DNA of 64,000 nt from Micavibrio sp. (GCA_002699085.1 PAAR01000015.1:4236-68235); one strand, 5' to 3'; positions 10,788 through 21,679 are shown, counted from the first letter of the stretch. Made by a program: numbers and translations. Notes: generated by a model from the sequence alone, not told the origin.

Positions 10788-13037
10788 TTAGCCTTTTTGC
10801 TTCGCTTGTAATTTTGCAATCACTTCATCTTTTGGTCCATAAGCCACGATTTTACCACGGTCTAACAAAATCAACTTATCGACCAAGGTTAGCATAGCAC
10901 CTTTATGCGTAATGAGGATTGTTGTGCGACCTTCTGTCACCTTATGAAGTTTCTTACGTAAACGGTTTTCCGATGCAGGGTCCATTGAGGCTGTCGGCTC
11001 GTCTAAAATCAGAATTGGCGGATCATAAAGAAGTGAGCGCGCAATGGCGACAGCTTGTCTCTGACCACCTGATAATTGCTCCCCACGCTCCCCAACTGGC
11101 GTATCAAGCCCATATTGCGATTCACGTAAAAACTCGGTTACACCTGACAATTCAGCCGCACGCAATACCGCTCGATCAGAGGCCATTTCATGCCCCATTG
11201 TAATATTCTCACGCACTGAGCCATAAAAAAGCTGCGGGCTTTGTTGTACTGATCCTATATTACGGCGTAAATCGCCTGGCTCAATCTGGCGAACATCTGT
11301 ACCGTCCAGTGTTACAACACCACTGCTTGGTTCATATAAATTAAGCAACAAACGTTCTATTGTTGTTTTACCTGAACCAACAGCCCCAATAATCCCAACA
11401 TGCTCGCCTGGCTCAATCGTTAAGCTCACTCCATTTAACGCAGGCACCGACTGATCTGGATAATGAAAGACAACATCTTTAAAATCAACACGCCCTTCCA
11501 CACGTGGTTGAGCGATGAAATGCTTGTTACGTGGACGTTCAACTTCTTTTGTCATTAATTCGTCGAGTTGAACAAGCGATTCTTTTGATTGATTAAGACG
11601 AGTCATAAGGCCTGCCACTTGCGCCAATGGCGCCATAGCACGGCCATTTAAAATAACGCAGGCAATCAATGCCCCCATTGTCACATCGCCTTCAGCGATC
11701 AAATATGCCCCAACAATGACCACCACCACTGAAGCAATTTGCTGAACATACGTTGCCCAGTTCAGAGCAAAATTTGAAATACGGCGAGATTTAACCCCAG
11801 TTCGTGAGGCTTTATCGGTTAATTCTTCCCATTTACGTTGTGTATGTCCCTCTGCGGCTTGAACCTTAATTGTTTCTAAGCCAGAAACTGCCTCATAAAG
11901 CAGTGCAGTTTTAAGTGCATTTTCATGCATTGATTGTTTCACAACCTTTTGCAATGGTCCTTGAAGCATAAACCCTGCGGCAATGACAATAGGCGCTGCG
12001 ATCAATGGCACAAAGCCGACAGGCCCAGCAATAACAAAGATAATTACAATAAAAAACACAGTGAAAGGTAGATCAATCAGTGTCGTAATTGTTGCCGAAG
12101 TAAAGAAATCACGAATAGACTCAAAATCCTTCATATGGCTCGCCATAATCCCTGCGCTATGAGGACGAGCACCCATTTTCATACCCATAATTTGCTCAAA
12201 AATAGCAGCTGATATCTTTAAATCAGCCTGACGGCCAGCAACATCTAAAAAAAACGCTCGTAAATTTCTCAAGAGAAAATCAAATGTATAGGCAATAGAC
12301 ACGCCGATTGCTAAAACCCATAATGTTTCTTCTGCGTTATTAGGTACAACACGATCATACACATTCATTGTAAATAGCGGTGAGCCGAGAGCGAATACAT
12401 TAATCATGATCGCTGCTAAAATAACGTCTCTATATAGTTTCTTATTTTCCCATATTTTTGAGAAAAACCAATCACGCTTATTATCAATTCTTGCAGGTCC
12501 TGCCCGTTCATCTGTTCGTGCCACAGGACGAATATAAAAAGCTTGCCCAGCATACATTTTGTTTAAAGCGTCTAAACCAACAACTTTTTTCTCAGATTTT
12601 GTTTCTGGGAACTGCACCACAAAGCGTGGTTTATCATCACCTTTTTTAGCGCCCTTTTTTGATGGCGCCATTTGCCACACGATACAACTTTGCGCCCCTT
12701 GTAACACTAAAACACAAGGAAAATTAGGCGTTGCAGCAATAGATTCTAATGACTTTTCCGTTAAATTTGCTTCTAAATCAGCACGTTCTGCCGCACGCAT
12801 AAATAAAGTGGGCGTAATGCCCGCTTTTGAGACGGGCATACCTGCAACGAGTGCTTTGACACTTACACGTCGCCCGTAAAAACCAGCCAATTGACACAAT
12901 GACTCAAGTAAAGAATGGTGTTGTGCTACACGGTCAGCTTCTAAAGACCAGCCAGACGGCATGCCTGTACCTGTGATATCTTCTTCGATATCACTCAATG
13001 TATTATCTGTCTTTTTTGTATCTTTTTTAGTCGACAA
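10788..13037 (-). CDS. Type I secretion ABC transporter permease/ATPase (LapB/LssB type)
   Basis: N-terminal C39-like domain; MNVYDRVVP; Walker A GAVGSGKTT; LSGGQRQ; ILDEPT; TTG start with AGGAG. Confidence 0.93.
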   Translation of the reverse strand: MSTKKDTKKTDNTLSDIEEDITGTGMPSGWSLEADRVAQHHSLLESLCQLAGFYGRRVSVKALVAGMPVSKAGITPTLFMRAAERADLEANLTEKSLESIAATPNFPCVLVLQGAQSCIVWQMAPSKKGAKKGDDKPRFVVQFPETKSEKKVVGLDALNKMYAGQAFYIRPVARTDERAGPARIDNKRDWFFSKIWENKKLYRDVILAAIMINVFALGSPLFTMNVYDRVVPNNAEETLWVLAIGVSIAYTFDFLLRNLRAFFLDVAGRQADLKISAAIFEQIMGMKMGARPHSAGIMASHMKDFESIRDFFTSATITTLIDLPFTVFFIVIIFVIAGPVGFVPLIAAPIVIAAGFMLQGPLQKVVKQSMHENALKTALLYEAVSGLETIKVQAAEGHTQRKWEELTDKASRTGVKSRRISNFALNWATYVQQIASVVVVIVGAYLIAEGDVTMGALIACVILNGRAMAPLAQVAGLMTRLNQSKESLVQLDELMTKEVERPRNKHFIAQPRVEGRVDFKDVVFHYPDQSVPALNGVSLTIEPGEHVGIIGAVGSGKTTIERLLLNLYEPSSGVVTLDGTDVRQIEPGDLRRNIGSVQQSPQLFYGSVRENITMGHEMASDRAVLRAAELSGVTEFLRESQYGLDTPVGERGEQLSGGQRQAVAIARSLLYDPPILILDEPTASMDPASENRLRKKLHKVTEGRTTILITHKGAMLTLVDKLILLDRGKIVAYGPKDEVIAKLQAKQKG

Positions 13038-13120
13038 GTTATGTACTCCTGAACAGAAATAACGATATTTCTGAGGTTAGAGTATAAACCTTTATAAGTA
13101 ATTAAGAAAGTAGGCGCTGA

Positions 13121-14479
13121 TTAATTCTCAGAGGCAATTTCTGCAAGATCTGCTTCACGTGGTGCCAAAACATCCATTGAAGCAAGCAAATCACCTTGTA
13201 ACGCTAGCAATCTATACATTGCGAGCATTTCAAGGAACTCTGAATTAATCATATTACTTTTTGATACGAAGCTTTCATTTTGAGAGTCTAATACATCAAG
13301 TAATGTTCTACGACCTAATTCAAACTGATCGCGATATGCACGTGTTACACGCTCATTCGCCACAACTTGATCTGCAAACTCACGTGCTTGATCGCCTTCA
13401 GCAATCATTGCAGCCCATGTTTGACGCACATCGTCCTCAATCGCACGGGCAGCATTTGCACGTTGCTCTTTTGCTACCGCTGTACGGTATATAAACTCTT
13501 TTTGACGAGCTGTATCAATACCACCTCGATAAAGATTCCAATCCATTGTCACCAAGGCACGAGCCGATGTATCACGACCTTCAACACCACCAATATCTTC
13601 CGAGTTCAGCGCATCTAACTGTAAATTAAATTCTGGGTAGAATACTGACTCAGATTGTTTTAGCTCAGCTTTTGCAACATCAATATCCGCTTCAAAGATT
13701 TTAACTGTAGGACCATCAACGATGGCACGGCGTACTGAATCATCAACATTTGCCGCTAAAGCCTGTAGAGGCACCGACGCTAACACCAAATTAGAAGGCA
13801 TTTCCCCTGTTTCCAATTTGTACTGAGATTCTGCATTACGCAAAGATTGTTTCACTTGTGCTTCTGTTGCACGTGCACGCGCTAAACGTGCTTCAACTTG
13901 TGCTAAGTCAGCTTCTGTAGAAATACCAGCACCAACTGCATCACGAGTCTGATTCATAATATCAATATGCGCATCAATGTTTTGACGAGCAATTTCAAGA
14001 AGTTCACGCTGACGAACAACTTCTAAATAGGCCTCGATAATATCAAGGCCGACAAATTCAGCCGTTTCATCAACACGGTGTGCTGAAGAACGAACACGCG
14101 CCACTTGTCTTTCAACTTCACTCTGTGCATTAAAGCCGTCAAAGAGCATTTGTGTAAGGGTAATACCTGTTTGGTAGCGGAATAATGTCTCAGTATCGTC
14201 ACCAACACCCGCTCTTGTATTTGGATCATCCGTATATTCAACACCTGCATCTGCTGCCGCATCAATAGATGGTAAAAATAAACCACGACCTTGGCGAAGC
14301 TCTTTTTCCGTTGCTAAACGTGTATTCGCAACAATGCCGTATTCTGGATTATTATAAAGGCCAAATTGCATAGCCTCTTTGAGTGTTACTTCTTGCGCTT
14401 GAGCAAAACCTGTACTGAACAGCAATGCAAATGACAGGGCTGTTGTTACGTTGAGTGTTTTTCTGATAATTGTTAACAC
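13121..14479 (-). CDS. TolC family type I secretion outer membrane protein (LapE/AggA-like)
   Basis: Signal peptide; QMLFDGF; QFELGRRTLLDVLD. Confidence 0.92.
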   Translation of the reverse strand: MLTIIRKTLNVTTALSFALLFSTGFAQAQEVTLKEAMQFGLYNNPEYGIVANTRLATEKELRQGRGLFLPSIDAAADAGVEYTDDPNTRAGVGDDTETLFRYQTGITLTQMLFDGFNAQSEVERQVARVRSSAHRVDETAEFVGLDIIEAYLEVVRQRELLEIARQNIDAHIDIMNQTRDAVGAGISTEADLAQVEARLARARATEAQVKQSLRNAESQYKLETGEMPSNLVLASVPLQALAANVDDSVRRAIVDGPTVKIFEADIDVAKAELKQSESVFYPEFNLQLDALNSEDIGGVEGRDTSARALVTMDWNLYRGGIDTARQKEFIYRTAVAKEQRANAARAIEDDVRQTWAAMIAEGDQAREFADQVVANERVTRAYRDQFELGRRTLLDVLDSQNESFVSKSNMINSEFLEMLAMYRLLALQGDLLASMDVLAPREADLAEIASEN

Positions 14480-14556
14480 GGCAAGATCCTCACTTAATGT
14501 AATTCTAAAAATATTGACTATTTATGGGACGATTATGGCCTAAAAGCAAGTAAAAA

Positions 14557-14586
14557 TAAAGCCCACAGTTTTCACTATGGGCTTTA
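14557..14586 (-). terminator. Intrinsic terminator after adhesin gene
   Basis: TAAAGCCCA...TGGGCTTTA hairpin followed by T-run on the minus strand. Confidence 0.65.
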
Positions 14587-14593
14587 AATCTCT

Positions 14594-17500
14594 TTATGCA
14601 ACGTCTTGTTGTTGCTGCTGGCTAATAATTAGCTGATCTATATCAACACTACCACTATCTGAAAGATTGGCGTTGACACCATAATCATGGCTTTGTGAAG
14701 AAATGCCTACCCCACCATCTTGATCCGATAGAGAGACAAAACTATCAATAGCGCCTTGAACAGCATCAGTTCCCTCAAGAACATCACTGAAATCAACAAC
14801 ATCGCCTTGGCTCAGATCTAAGTCACCCAGATCATTGGCTGAAGACGCTGCAATAACATCAGCTAATGCATCTTCTTGAGCTGCTGCCACAGAATCATAC
14901 ACATCTTGGTTCGTTGCTTGATCTACCTCAACAACATTAAACCATGCGTCTACAATGCTACCTTGTGAACCATCTGCAAAAGTGAATGTAGAACCATGAG
15001 AAATGAAACTATCACCATTGAAGTAACCAGTTTGTTCAACACCGTTCAGTGAAATACTAACGATACCTACATCTGAAAGGCTAACCATTTCATCCGCTTG
15101 AGAAATACCGTCATTATTCGCATCACGCCATACAATTAAGTTAGCAAATTCAGCATCTTGTGCATCAATCACACCATCAGCATTCGCATCTAAACGTGCC
15201 AATGACTCAAAACCGTTGGCAAAGGCACCGCCTTGATCGCCAAACAACTCCGACCCATCATTAATAATGCCGTCATGGTTCCAGTCAAAAGCTAGAAGCG
15301 CATCATCTGCACCCACAAAACTTGTGTGCTCTAATGTACCATCTGCATCAAGGTCAAAGTAAACGCCTGAATTATCAAGATTTACAAGCTCAATACCATC
15401 GCCATCTAAGTCAAGAACAAGTGGAGACAATGAAATATCACCGACTGTTAGATTGAAACCAGCTGTCTGAACAATTGTATTATTCGTAAGCGTAATCTCT
15501 TCACCTGACAAATTCGTTTCAACTGTTGTCACAGCCATATGCACTTCCAACGGACCATAACCTGAAACAAATTGCGCATTCATATATTCAGCCAAAGAAC
15601 TGAACGTGTATTGAATAACATAACTTGCTGGTGTCGTAGCGCCAGAAGCAAATGTCAATGTTTCACCAGGCGGCACTGGTAGATATACCGCAGTACCTGT
15701 TGATAATGCGAAGGCTGGTGCCAGACCACCGAATGTCGAACCTGTGAATGTCACAACAATTTGCGTCACTGTCTCAGAACCATCTACGTCAAGTTGACTT
15801 AAACCAACAACATTAGAGAATCTTGGCGTATAGGTTGGTCCAGTGCCAGGGGCAAAGCCCGGGAACGTCCCACCATACGCAGAAGATGTCTGCCAGAACA
15901 CATGTGGCGTTGTTGAACCAATTAAAGTCTGTAGATTGTAATCAATATCCACACCATCTGCGACAGCATCAACAACCGCTTTACCGTAATCAATACGAAC
16001 TGGATCCGCACCATCAGGGTCATTTACTGTAACTGTCAATTTAATATTAGACGCATCAGCATCGCTATTATTTTGAGGTGGACGTACTGTGAAGCTGTTT
16101 AATACTACAGATTTTGTTGCGCCAGAGGCTGTAGTTTCATAACCACCATTTACAAATGTCCAACCCGGTGCATTGACTGACCAGCCTGTAGGAATACCTT
16201 CTACACGTAGTGTGAATGTCTCATTACCATCACCACCTTGGAAAGAAGCATTGATCGGTAAGGCATGGAACACTGAACCATCTTCATAGAAATATGCGTC
16301 GCCAATTGAAGCTGTCACATTTGTTACAGGTGGGTTGACTTGATCCAGTGTAATGTTTAACTGCGCTGTATCTGTATCGCCATCACCATCACGTAATGTG
16401 TAAGTGAAGCTGTCACTACCAGCCGCATTGCTTGAACGTGTGTAAGTATAAGCACCTGTTGCTGCAATCACTAATGTACCATAAAGGCCATTAATTGTTG
16501 CTGTACCAACAGATGGTATATTTACATTTGTCCCGTTAAAGCTAATACGGGTAATGGCTGCATTTGCATCATCATAGCCAACATCGTCGTTGTTAATAAC
16601 ATTACCTGTTTCAACTGTTTCAGAGGCTGAAAGGTGATCTGTATCATTAACAGCCACAGGACCATCATCGAATACGCGAATAACAATAGTATCATCATCC
16701 GTGTCGCCATCAGAATCTGTCGCTCTTACGCCAAAACGCAAATCAATAGAATCATTTGGATTTGATGTATTCGGGTGGTCAATCTGATCTAATTGAGTAA
16801 ATGTATACCCGCCATTACCGTTTACATTCAATGTAAAGATTGTGCGGCCACCAGCTGTACCAACGTATTGACCACCAACGATAGCCACTGAAACAGCCTG
16901 ACCGTTTGATGTCAAATTAGCAATTGAGCTTGAGAAGATACCGTTTTCATTAAATGAACCTGGTGTATCATTTCCAAAATCAGCAGTCACAGTGCCTGTA
17001 GCAACATGTGTGCCGCTTTCATCGACTGTGCGTGTACCACCTGTGCTTGTAATATCAGGATGATCATCATGATCTGTAACATTGATAATAAGATCAGCCG
17101 TTGTTGTATCATTATCATAATCACGAATTGTGTATGTGAAATTATCAACTTGCGTAGAATTCACATTCGCTGTCGATGTGTATGTATATGATCCATCAGC
17201 AGCTAGCACCAATGTACCGTAAGAACCAATGATCGTTGCTGTGCCAACAGATGGAACGGCAACATTTGTACCGCCAAACTGAACGTTGATAACGCGCGCT
17301 GGCTCATCAAAACCACTTGTATCATTACCAAGAACATTACCTGTAATGTTTTGGAACTCTTGGACTGAACGTGTATCATTCACAGCTGTCGGTAGATCAT
17401 CTTGAACACGAATTGTAATGACACCGTCATCAAAATCACCATCAACATCCGTCACACGAACACCGAAATCTAGGTTAATAAAGTCCTCGCCAGCATTTGG

Positions 17501-20500
17501 GTGATCCAATTGATCGAGCAGATTAAATGTATATGATCCATTGCTGTTCACATTTAATGTGAAGATTGTACGGCCACCAGCTGTACCAACATATTGGCCA
17601 CCAACAAGATTTACCGCAATATTTTCACCTTTAGAGGTCAATAGACCGATTGATGAGAAGAACCCGCCATTTTCAGTGAATGTCCCTGGTGCATCATCAA
17701 CTGTTGCGATAACGTTCCCTGTTACTGTACGAACACCCCCTTCATCGGCAATGCCATTACCAGAAGCTGTTACATTTGTAATCACCGGGATATGATTTGG
17801 CGTTACATCAACATTTAACGTTGCCGTATCAGTATCACCATCATTATCACGTAATGTGTAAGTGAATTGGTCAGTACCATTGGCTGCATTACCATTATTG
17901 ATTGGTGTATAGGTGTAAGCACCGTTTGATCCAATAACAAGCGTACCATATGTACCATTAATTGTGGTTGTACCAACAGCCGCTACAGCATGGTTCGTGC
18001 CGTTAAACTGAACATTTGTTACAGTCCCGAAATCATCGAAACCATCATTATCATTTGCAAGTACATTACCCGTTGCAGCTGGCGCTGTTTCACGGATTGT
18101 CAATGTATCATCTACAGCCACAGGACCATCGTCATATACTTTAACAACCACTGTACCAACAGTAGAATCGCCATCCACATCTGTCACACGCACACCAAAG
18201 CGTAGGTCGAGTGAGTCGTTAGGATCAGATGGGTTTTGGTGATCAATTGGACGCACCAAATTGAACGAGAAAGTACCGTTATTATTAACGTTCATTGTGA
18301 AGATCGTTAGACCATTTGCCACACCAACATATTGACCACCAACGATTGATACCGTAATCGGATTACCATTAGATGTAAGGGCTGTACCAAGAGGCAATGA
18401 TGTATCAAAATTACCTGATTCAGTGATTGTACCAGGGGCATCACGACCAAAATCAACATTAATTGTACCGCCTGCTGTATATGTATTTGTCTCATCAACA
18501 ATGACAGTTGCTGGTGGTGTCAAAATCGGGAAATCATCAATGTCACCAATTTCAGCTGATAATGTTGCTGTTGAAGTATCACCATCACCATCACGTAATG
18601 TATACGTGAACTGGTCAGTACCACCTGTAGTACGCGCAGGATCAACCGTATAGGTATAAGCACCTGTTGAATTAATAACCAACGTACCAAATGTACCGAT
18701 AATAGACACATTTCCAGCAGCTGGAATAGCTGTTGTCACACCACCAAATGTGATTTGCGTAATAGAAGAACCAGCATTGTCATAGCCAACATCATCATTA
18801 TTAACGACATTACCGTTTACAGAACCCGTCGCACCTGTGTAAACAAAACCATCATTTACAGCGACTGGCGCATCATCCGCTACAGAAATTGTTGTTGTGC
18901 CTGTAATCGCATCGCCATCAGAATCTGTCGCCACAAAACCAAAACCTAGATTGGCGATATCATTCGCATTTGCTGGGTTACCATGATCGATTTGATCGAA
19001 CAAAGTGAATGTATAAGCACCTGTTGCTGGGTTAATTGTCATTGTGAAAATTGTACGAGCCCCAGCAGTACCTGTAACAGTATTACCTGCTAAAGCTGTT
19101 GAAATTGTTTCACCAAAAGATGTCAACACACCACCCAGCAATGAACCTGTTGGTGTAAAGTTACCATTAAGATTAATTGTACCTGGGTCATCATTACCGA
19201 AATCAACATCAATCTGACCAGTTATAACTTTATTTGTGGCAACAGCCCCCGTTGACTCATCTACCGATGCATCACCTGGGTTAATTAATTGCGGCACATC
19301 ATCGGTTACATTGAAACCAATGTTAATTGTGCGTGTTGCATTATTATTTGTTGTATCAAAGTCTACATCAGAAGGATTATCATAGACATCTACTGATACC
19401 TGTACCGAGAATGCACCAGCCGCAGCACCCGGAAGTGTCGCTTGCAAGCCCGCTAATTGTGCTGGCGTTAATGTCCATGTATCTGTGCCTGCATCATATG
19501 TACCCGCATTCAGCGTTGTGCCTGTTGGGAAGCCTGAAATACGAATTTCAGTTACTGACTCAGAACCATCAATATCTGTGGCTACAGCTGTTAAGTTCAC
19601 ATCATAGACATCAGAAGAGCCAACTTGAGTGATCGTACCTGATACATCAGGGGTATCCACAACCGCATCAACTGTTACAGTCAATGGCAATGTTGATGTC
19701 GCTGTTTGAGACAAATCAGCAATTTCAGTCGCAATCGCTGTCACAGAAACCGTAATATCATTATCAGAATCGTGCGGTGGAGAAAGTACTGGACCACCAA
19801 GGAAGTTTTGGCCAGCAGATAATGTAATTTCCCATACACCTGTCGCAGGATTATATGTACCGCCAGATGTTGACACATCAACACCCCAGCCAGCAGGTAT
19901 ACCTTCAACACGTACTGTTAGATTTTCAGAAGAATCATTATCCACCAATTGTGCATCAATATTTAAACCGATTGAACCATCTTCAAAAACTTGCTCATCT
20001 TGAACATTTAAAATCGGCGCATCTGCAATTGGATTGATCTCTACTTGGAACGGAAGATTAACACGCAATTCATTATTTGTTAAAGTGATCTCACCATCAG
20101 AAGGATTATCATAGACAATCGCTTCAGCATTCATTGTCACTGTACCAGAAAGGTGCAATGGCGGTGTAAAGGTTAAACCAACCAATTGTGCTGGTGTTAA
20201 TACATAACCACCTTGTGCCGCATCAAATGTACCAGCCGATAATGTACCGCCCGCAGGGACACCACGAATAACGATAATCGCTGTTTCAGAACCATCAGTA
20301 TCATTCAGGCCAAAATTGATTGTTAAAGGAATCGCTGTATCTTCATCGCCATTTGCATTCACAATATTGAAGTTTGGCGCATCTGCAACCGCATCAACGA
20401 TCACGTCAAATGTATCCGTTGCCGTTAAAGTTGTCGATGTTGCAATCTCTGTTTGCGTTACTGTCGCCAACAAATTTGTAATATCAACATCCGAATCCGC

Positions 20501-21679
20501 TTCTTGTGAGAATGTTGGACCACCAGAGAATGATTGACCTGGCGCTAATGTGATTGTCCATGTACCAGTTCCTGCATTATATGTACCACCAGAAGTTGTC
20601 GTATCAACAGTCACAGTTGCTGGAATATTGCTAATAGATACCGTAATTTGTAAACCTGTGTTACCAGGTGCAGAAGGTGCAGCATTAACAACAACACCAA
20701 CTGAACCATCTTCAAATACCTGCTGGTCAGGTGCAGAAATACTTGGCGCACCTGGTGCAGCTGCTGCAAGAGGACCAATTTGCTGAAGATCACGTTCTGG
20801 CAAACCAAACTGAAGGGCTGTTGGTCCTAAAGGACCGATTGCATTAATTTGCAAAATATTTACAGCGTCAACCGCAGAGTCAAAACCACTACCACCAGCA
20901 GAAGCAGATGGTGTACCTGCGGCAGGCTCTAAATTAACAAGGTCTTCCCCTGTATCATCCAAAGCAAGCTCTACACTTTCTTCAATCTCTTCAGCCGTTA
21001 CAGCCGCCTTAGCCACCGCTTCAGGAGCTTCTTCAACAGCTTGTGCATCACCCGCCGCTGTTTCAATTAAATTTAAATCTTCTCCAGTTAAGTCTTCACC
21101 AAAAGCATCCGGCTCAACATAAGCAAATTCTGCATCAAGGCCTTCTACAACAGAGCCTTCTAGTGCTGCTATTAGGTTGTCACCCACATTGAATTCATTA
21201 CCGTTAATAGAAAAACTTGTCGGCACATCTGCGTTAGCCACAGCGTCGAAATTATTAAATAAGATTTGTGAACCATCATTGAATGTCACAAGCACAAAGC
21301 CATTACCACGCTGAACATCGGCCACAGTGTCGGCACCATATTCAAGCGCCACGTCCTGTCCTGGCTCTAAATTAACAATAATCGCTGTGTTGTCGGCTGG
21401 TTTAGTAATAGAGTTAATTTGGTCAGCTTGGTTAGTCAGATTGTTAATCTGTTGGATATTAATAGACGTTCCATCAGCAAGATTAAAAACTGTATCTGCA
21501 TCAAGCGCTGTTCCATCAGCATTGGCAAACACAATGTTTTCACCTGATGGCAAGATAATAGAATAAGTACCGTCTGTGTGGGCGGTTACAGACAAATTAC
21601 CATTTTGTAATAAATCCTCTAAAGAGAAAGGTAAGTTTGCCGATGCTGCACCAGATTGTTCGCTGCCAACTACTATCAT
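14594..21679 (-). CDS. Giant T1SS-secreted Ca2+-binding repeat adhesin (LapA/BapA-like) with C-terminal FrpC-type self-processing-like module
   Basis: 2361 aa, acidic, Gly/Thr/Asp-rich Ig/cadherin-like repeats (DxDGD, FTYTLRD); directly upstream of tolC-ABC-MFP; PLVLDLDGDG module; degenerate T1SS target tail (GDVVDFSDVL). Confidence 0.9.
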   Translation of the reverse strand: MIVVGSEQSGAASANLPFSLEDLLQNGNLSVTAHTDGTYSIILPSGENIVFANADGTALDADTVFNLADGTSINIQQINNLTNQADQINSITKPADNTAIIVNLEPGQDVALEYGADTVADVQRGNGFVLVTFNDGSQILFNNFDAVANADVPTSFSINGNEFNVGDNLIAALEGSVVEGLDAEFAYVEPDAFGEDLTGEDLNLIETAAGDAQAVEEAPEAVAKAAVTAEEIEESVELALDDTGEDLVNLEPAAGTPSASAGGSGFDSAVDAVNILQINAIGPLGPTALQFGLPERDLQQIGPLAAAAPGAPSISAPDQQVFEDGSVGVVVNAAPSAPGNTGLQITVSISNIPATVTVDTTTSGGTYNAGTGTWTITLAPGQSFSGGPTFSQEADSDVDITNLLATVTQTEIATSTTLTATDTFDVIVDAVADAPNFNIVNANGDEDTAIPLTINFGLNDTDGSETAIIVIRGVPAGGTLSAGTFDAAQGGYVLTPAQLVGLTFTPPLHLSGTVTMNAEAIVYDNPSDGEITLTNNELRVNLPFQVEINPIADAPILNVQDEQVFEDGSIGLNIDAQLVDNDSSENLTVRVEGIPAGWGVDVSTSGGTYNPATGVWEITLSAGQNFLGGPVLSPPHDSDNDITVSVTAIATEIADLSQTATSTLPLTVTVDAVVDTPDVSGTITQVGSSDVYDVNLTAVATDIDGSESVTEIRISGFPTGTTLNAGTYDAGTDTWTLTPAQLAGLQATLPGAAAGAFSVQVSVDVYDNPSDVDFDTTNNNATRTINIGFNVTDDVPQLINPGDASVDESTGAVATNKVITGQIDVDFGNDDPGTINLNGNFTPTGSLLGGVLTSFGETISTALAGNTVTGTAGARTIFTMTINPATGAYTFTLFDQIDHGNPANANDIANLGFGFVATDSDGDAITGTTTISVADDAPVAVNDGFVYTGATGSVNGNVVNNDDVGYDNAGSSITQITFGGVTTAIPAAGNVSIIGTFGTLVINSTGAYTYTVDPARTTGGTDQFTYTLRDGDGDTSTATLSAEIGDIDDFPILTPPATVIVDETNTYTAGGTINVDFGRDAPGTITESGNFDTSLPLGTALTSNGNPITVSIVGGQYVGVANGLTIFTMNVNNNGTFSFNLVRPIDHQNPSDPNDSLDLRFGVRVTDVDGDSTVGTVVVKVYDDGPVAVDDTLTIRETAPAATGNVLANDNDGFDDFGTVTNVQFNGTNHAVAAVGTTTINGTYGTLVIGSNGAYTYTPINNGNAANGTDQFTYTLRDNDGDTDTATLNVDVTPNHIPVITNVTASGNGIADEGGVRTVTGNVIATVDDAPGTFTENGGFFSSIGLLTSKGENIAVNLVGGQYVGTAGGRTIFTLNVNSNGSYTFNLLDQLDHPNAGEDFINLDFGVRVTDVDGDFDDGVITIRVQDDLPTAVNDTRSVQEFQNITGNVLGNDTSGFDEPARVINVQFGGTNVAVPSVGTATIIGSYGTLVLAADGSYTYTSTANVNSTQVDNFTYTIRDYDNDTTTADLIINVTDHDDHPDITSTGGTRTVDESGTHVATGTVTADFGNDTPGSFNENGIFSSSIANLTSNGQAVSVAIVGGQYVGTAGGRTIFTLNVNGNGGYTFTQLDQIDHPNTSNPNDSIDLRFGVRATDSDGDTDDDTIVIRVFDDGPVAVNDTDHLSASETVETGNVINNDDVGYDDANAAITRISFNGTNVNIPSVGTATINGLYGTLVIAATGAYTYTRSSNAAGSDSFTYTLRDGDGDTDTAQLNITLDQVNPPVTNVTASIGDAYFYEDGSVFHALPINASFQGGDGNETFTLRVEGIPTGWSVNAPGWTFVNGGYETTASGATKSVVLNSFTVRPPQNNSDADASNIKLTVTVNDPDGADPVRIDYGKAVVDAVADGVDIDYNLQTLIGSTTPHVFWQTSSAYGGTFPGFAPGTGPTYTPRFSNVVGLSQLDVDGSETVTQIVVTFTGSTFGGLAPAFALSTGTAVYLPVPPGETLTFASGATTPASYVIQYTFSSLAEYMNAQFVSGYGPLEVHMAVTTVETNLSGEEITLTNNTIVQTAGFNLTVGDISLSPLVLDLDGDGIELVNLDNSGVYFDLDADGTLEHTSFVGADDALLAFDWNHDGIINDGSELFGDQGGAFANGFESLARLDANADGVIDAQDAEFANLIVWRDANNDGISQADEMVSLSDVGIVSISLNGVEQTGYFNGDSFISHGSTFTFADGSQGSIVDAWFNVVEVDQATNQDVYDSVAAAQEDALADVIAASSANDLGDLDLSQGDVVDFSDVLEGTDAVQGAIDSFVSLSDQDGGVGISSQSHDYGVNANLSDSGSVDIDQLIISQQQQQDVA
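16345..19305 (-). repeat. Four tandem, diverged intragenic repeats of about 245 aa each in the adhesin
   Basis: DD[A/G/L]P[V/T]AV[N/D]D recurs at about 18860, 18120, 17390 and 16655 (period about 735 nt), each with a xDH and FTYT[L/I]RDxDxDT motif. Confidence 0.85.

Noticed and set aside
16345-19305. Recurring DNA words (e.g. CACCATCACGTAATGT) suggesting a CRISPR or repeat array
   Set aside because: The period is about 735 nt, in frame and degenerate; these are adhesin domain repeats
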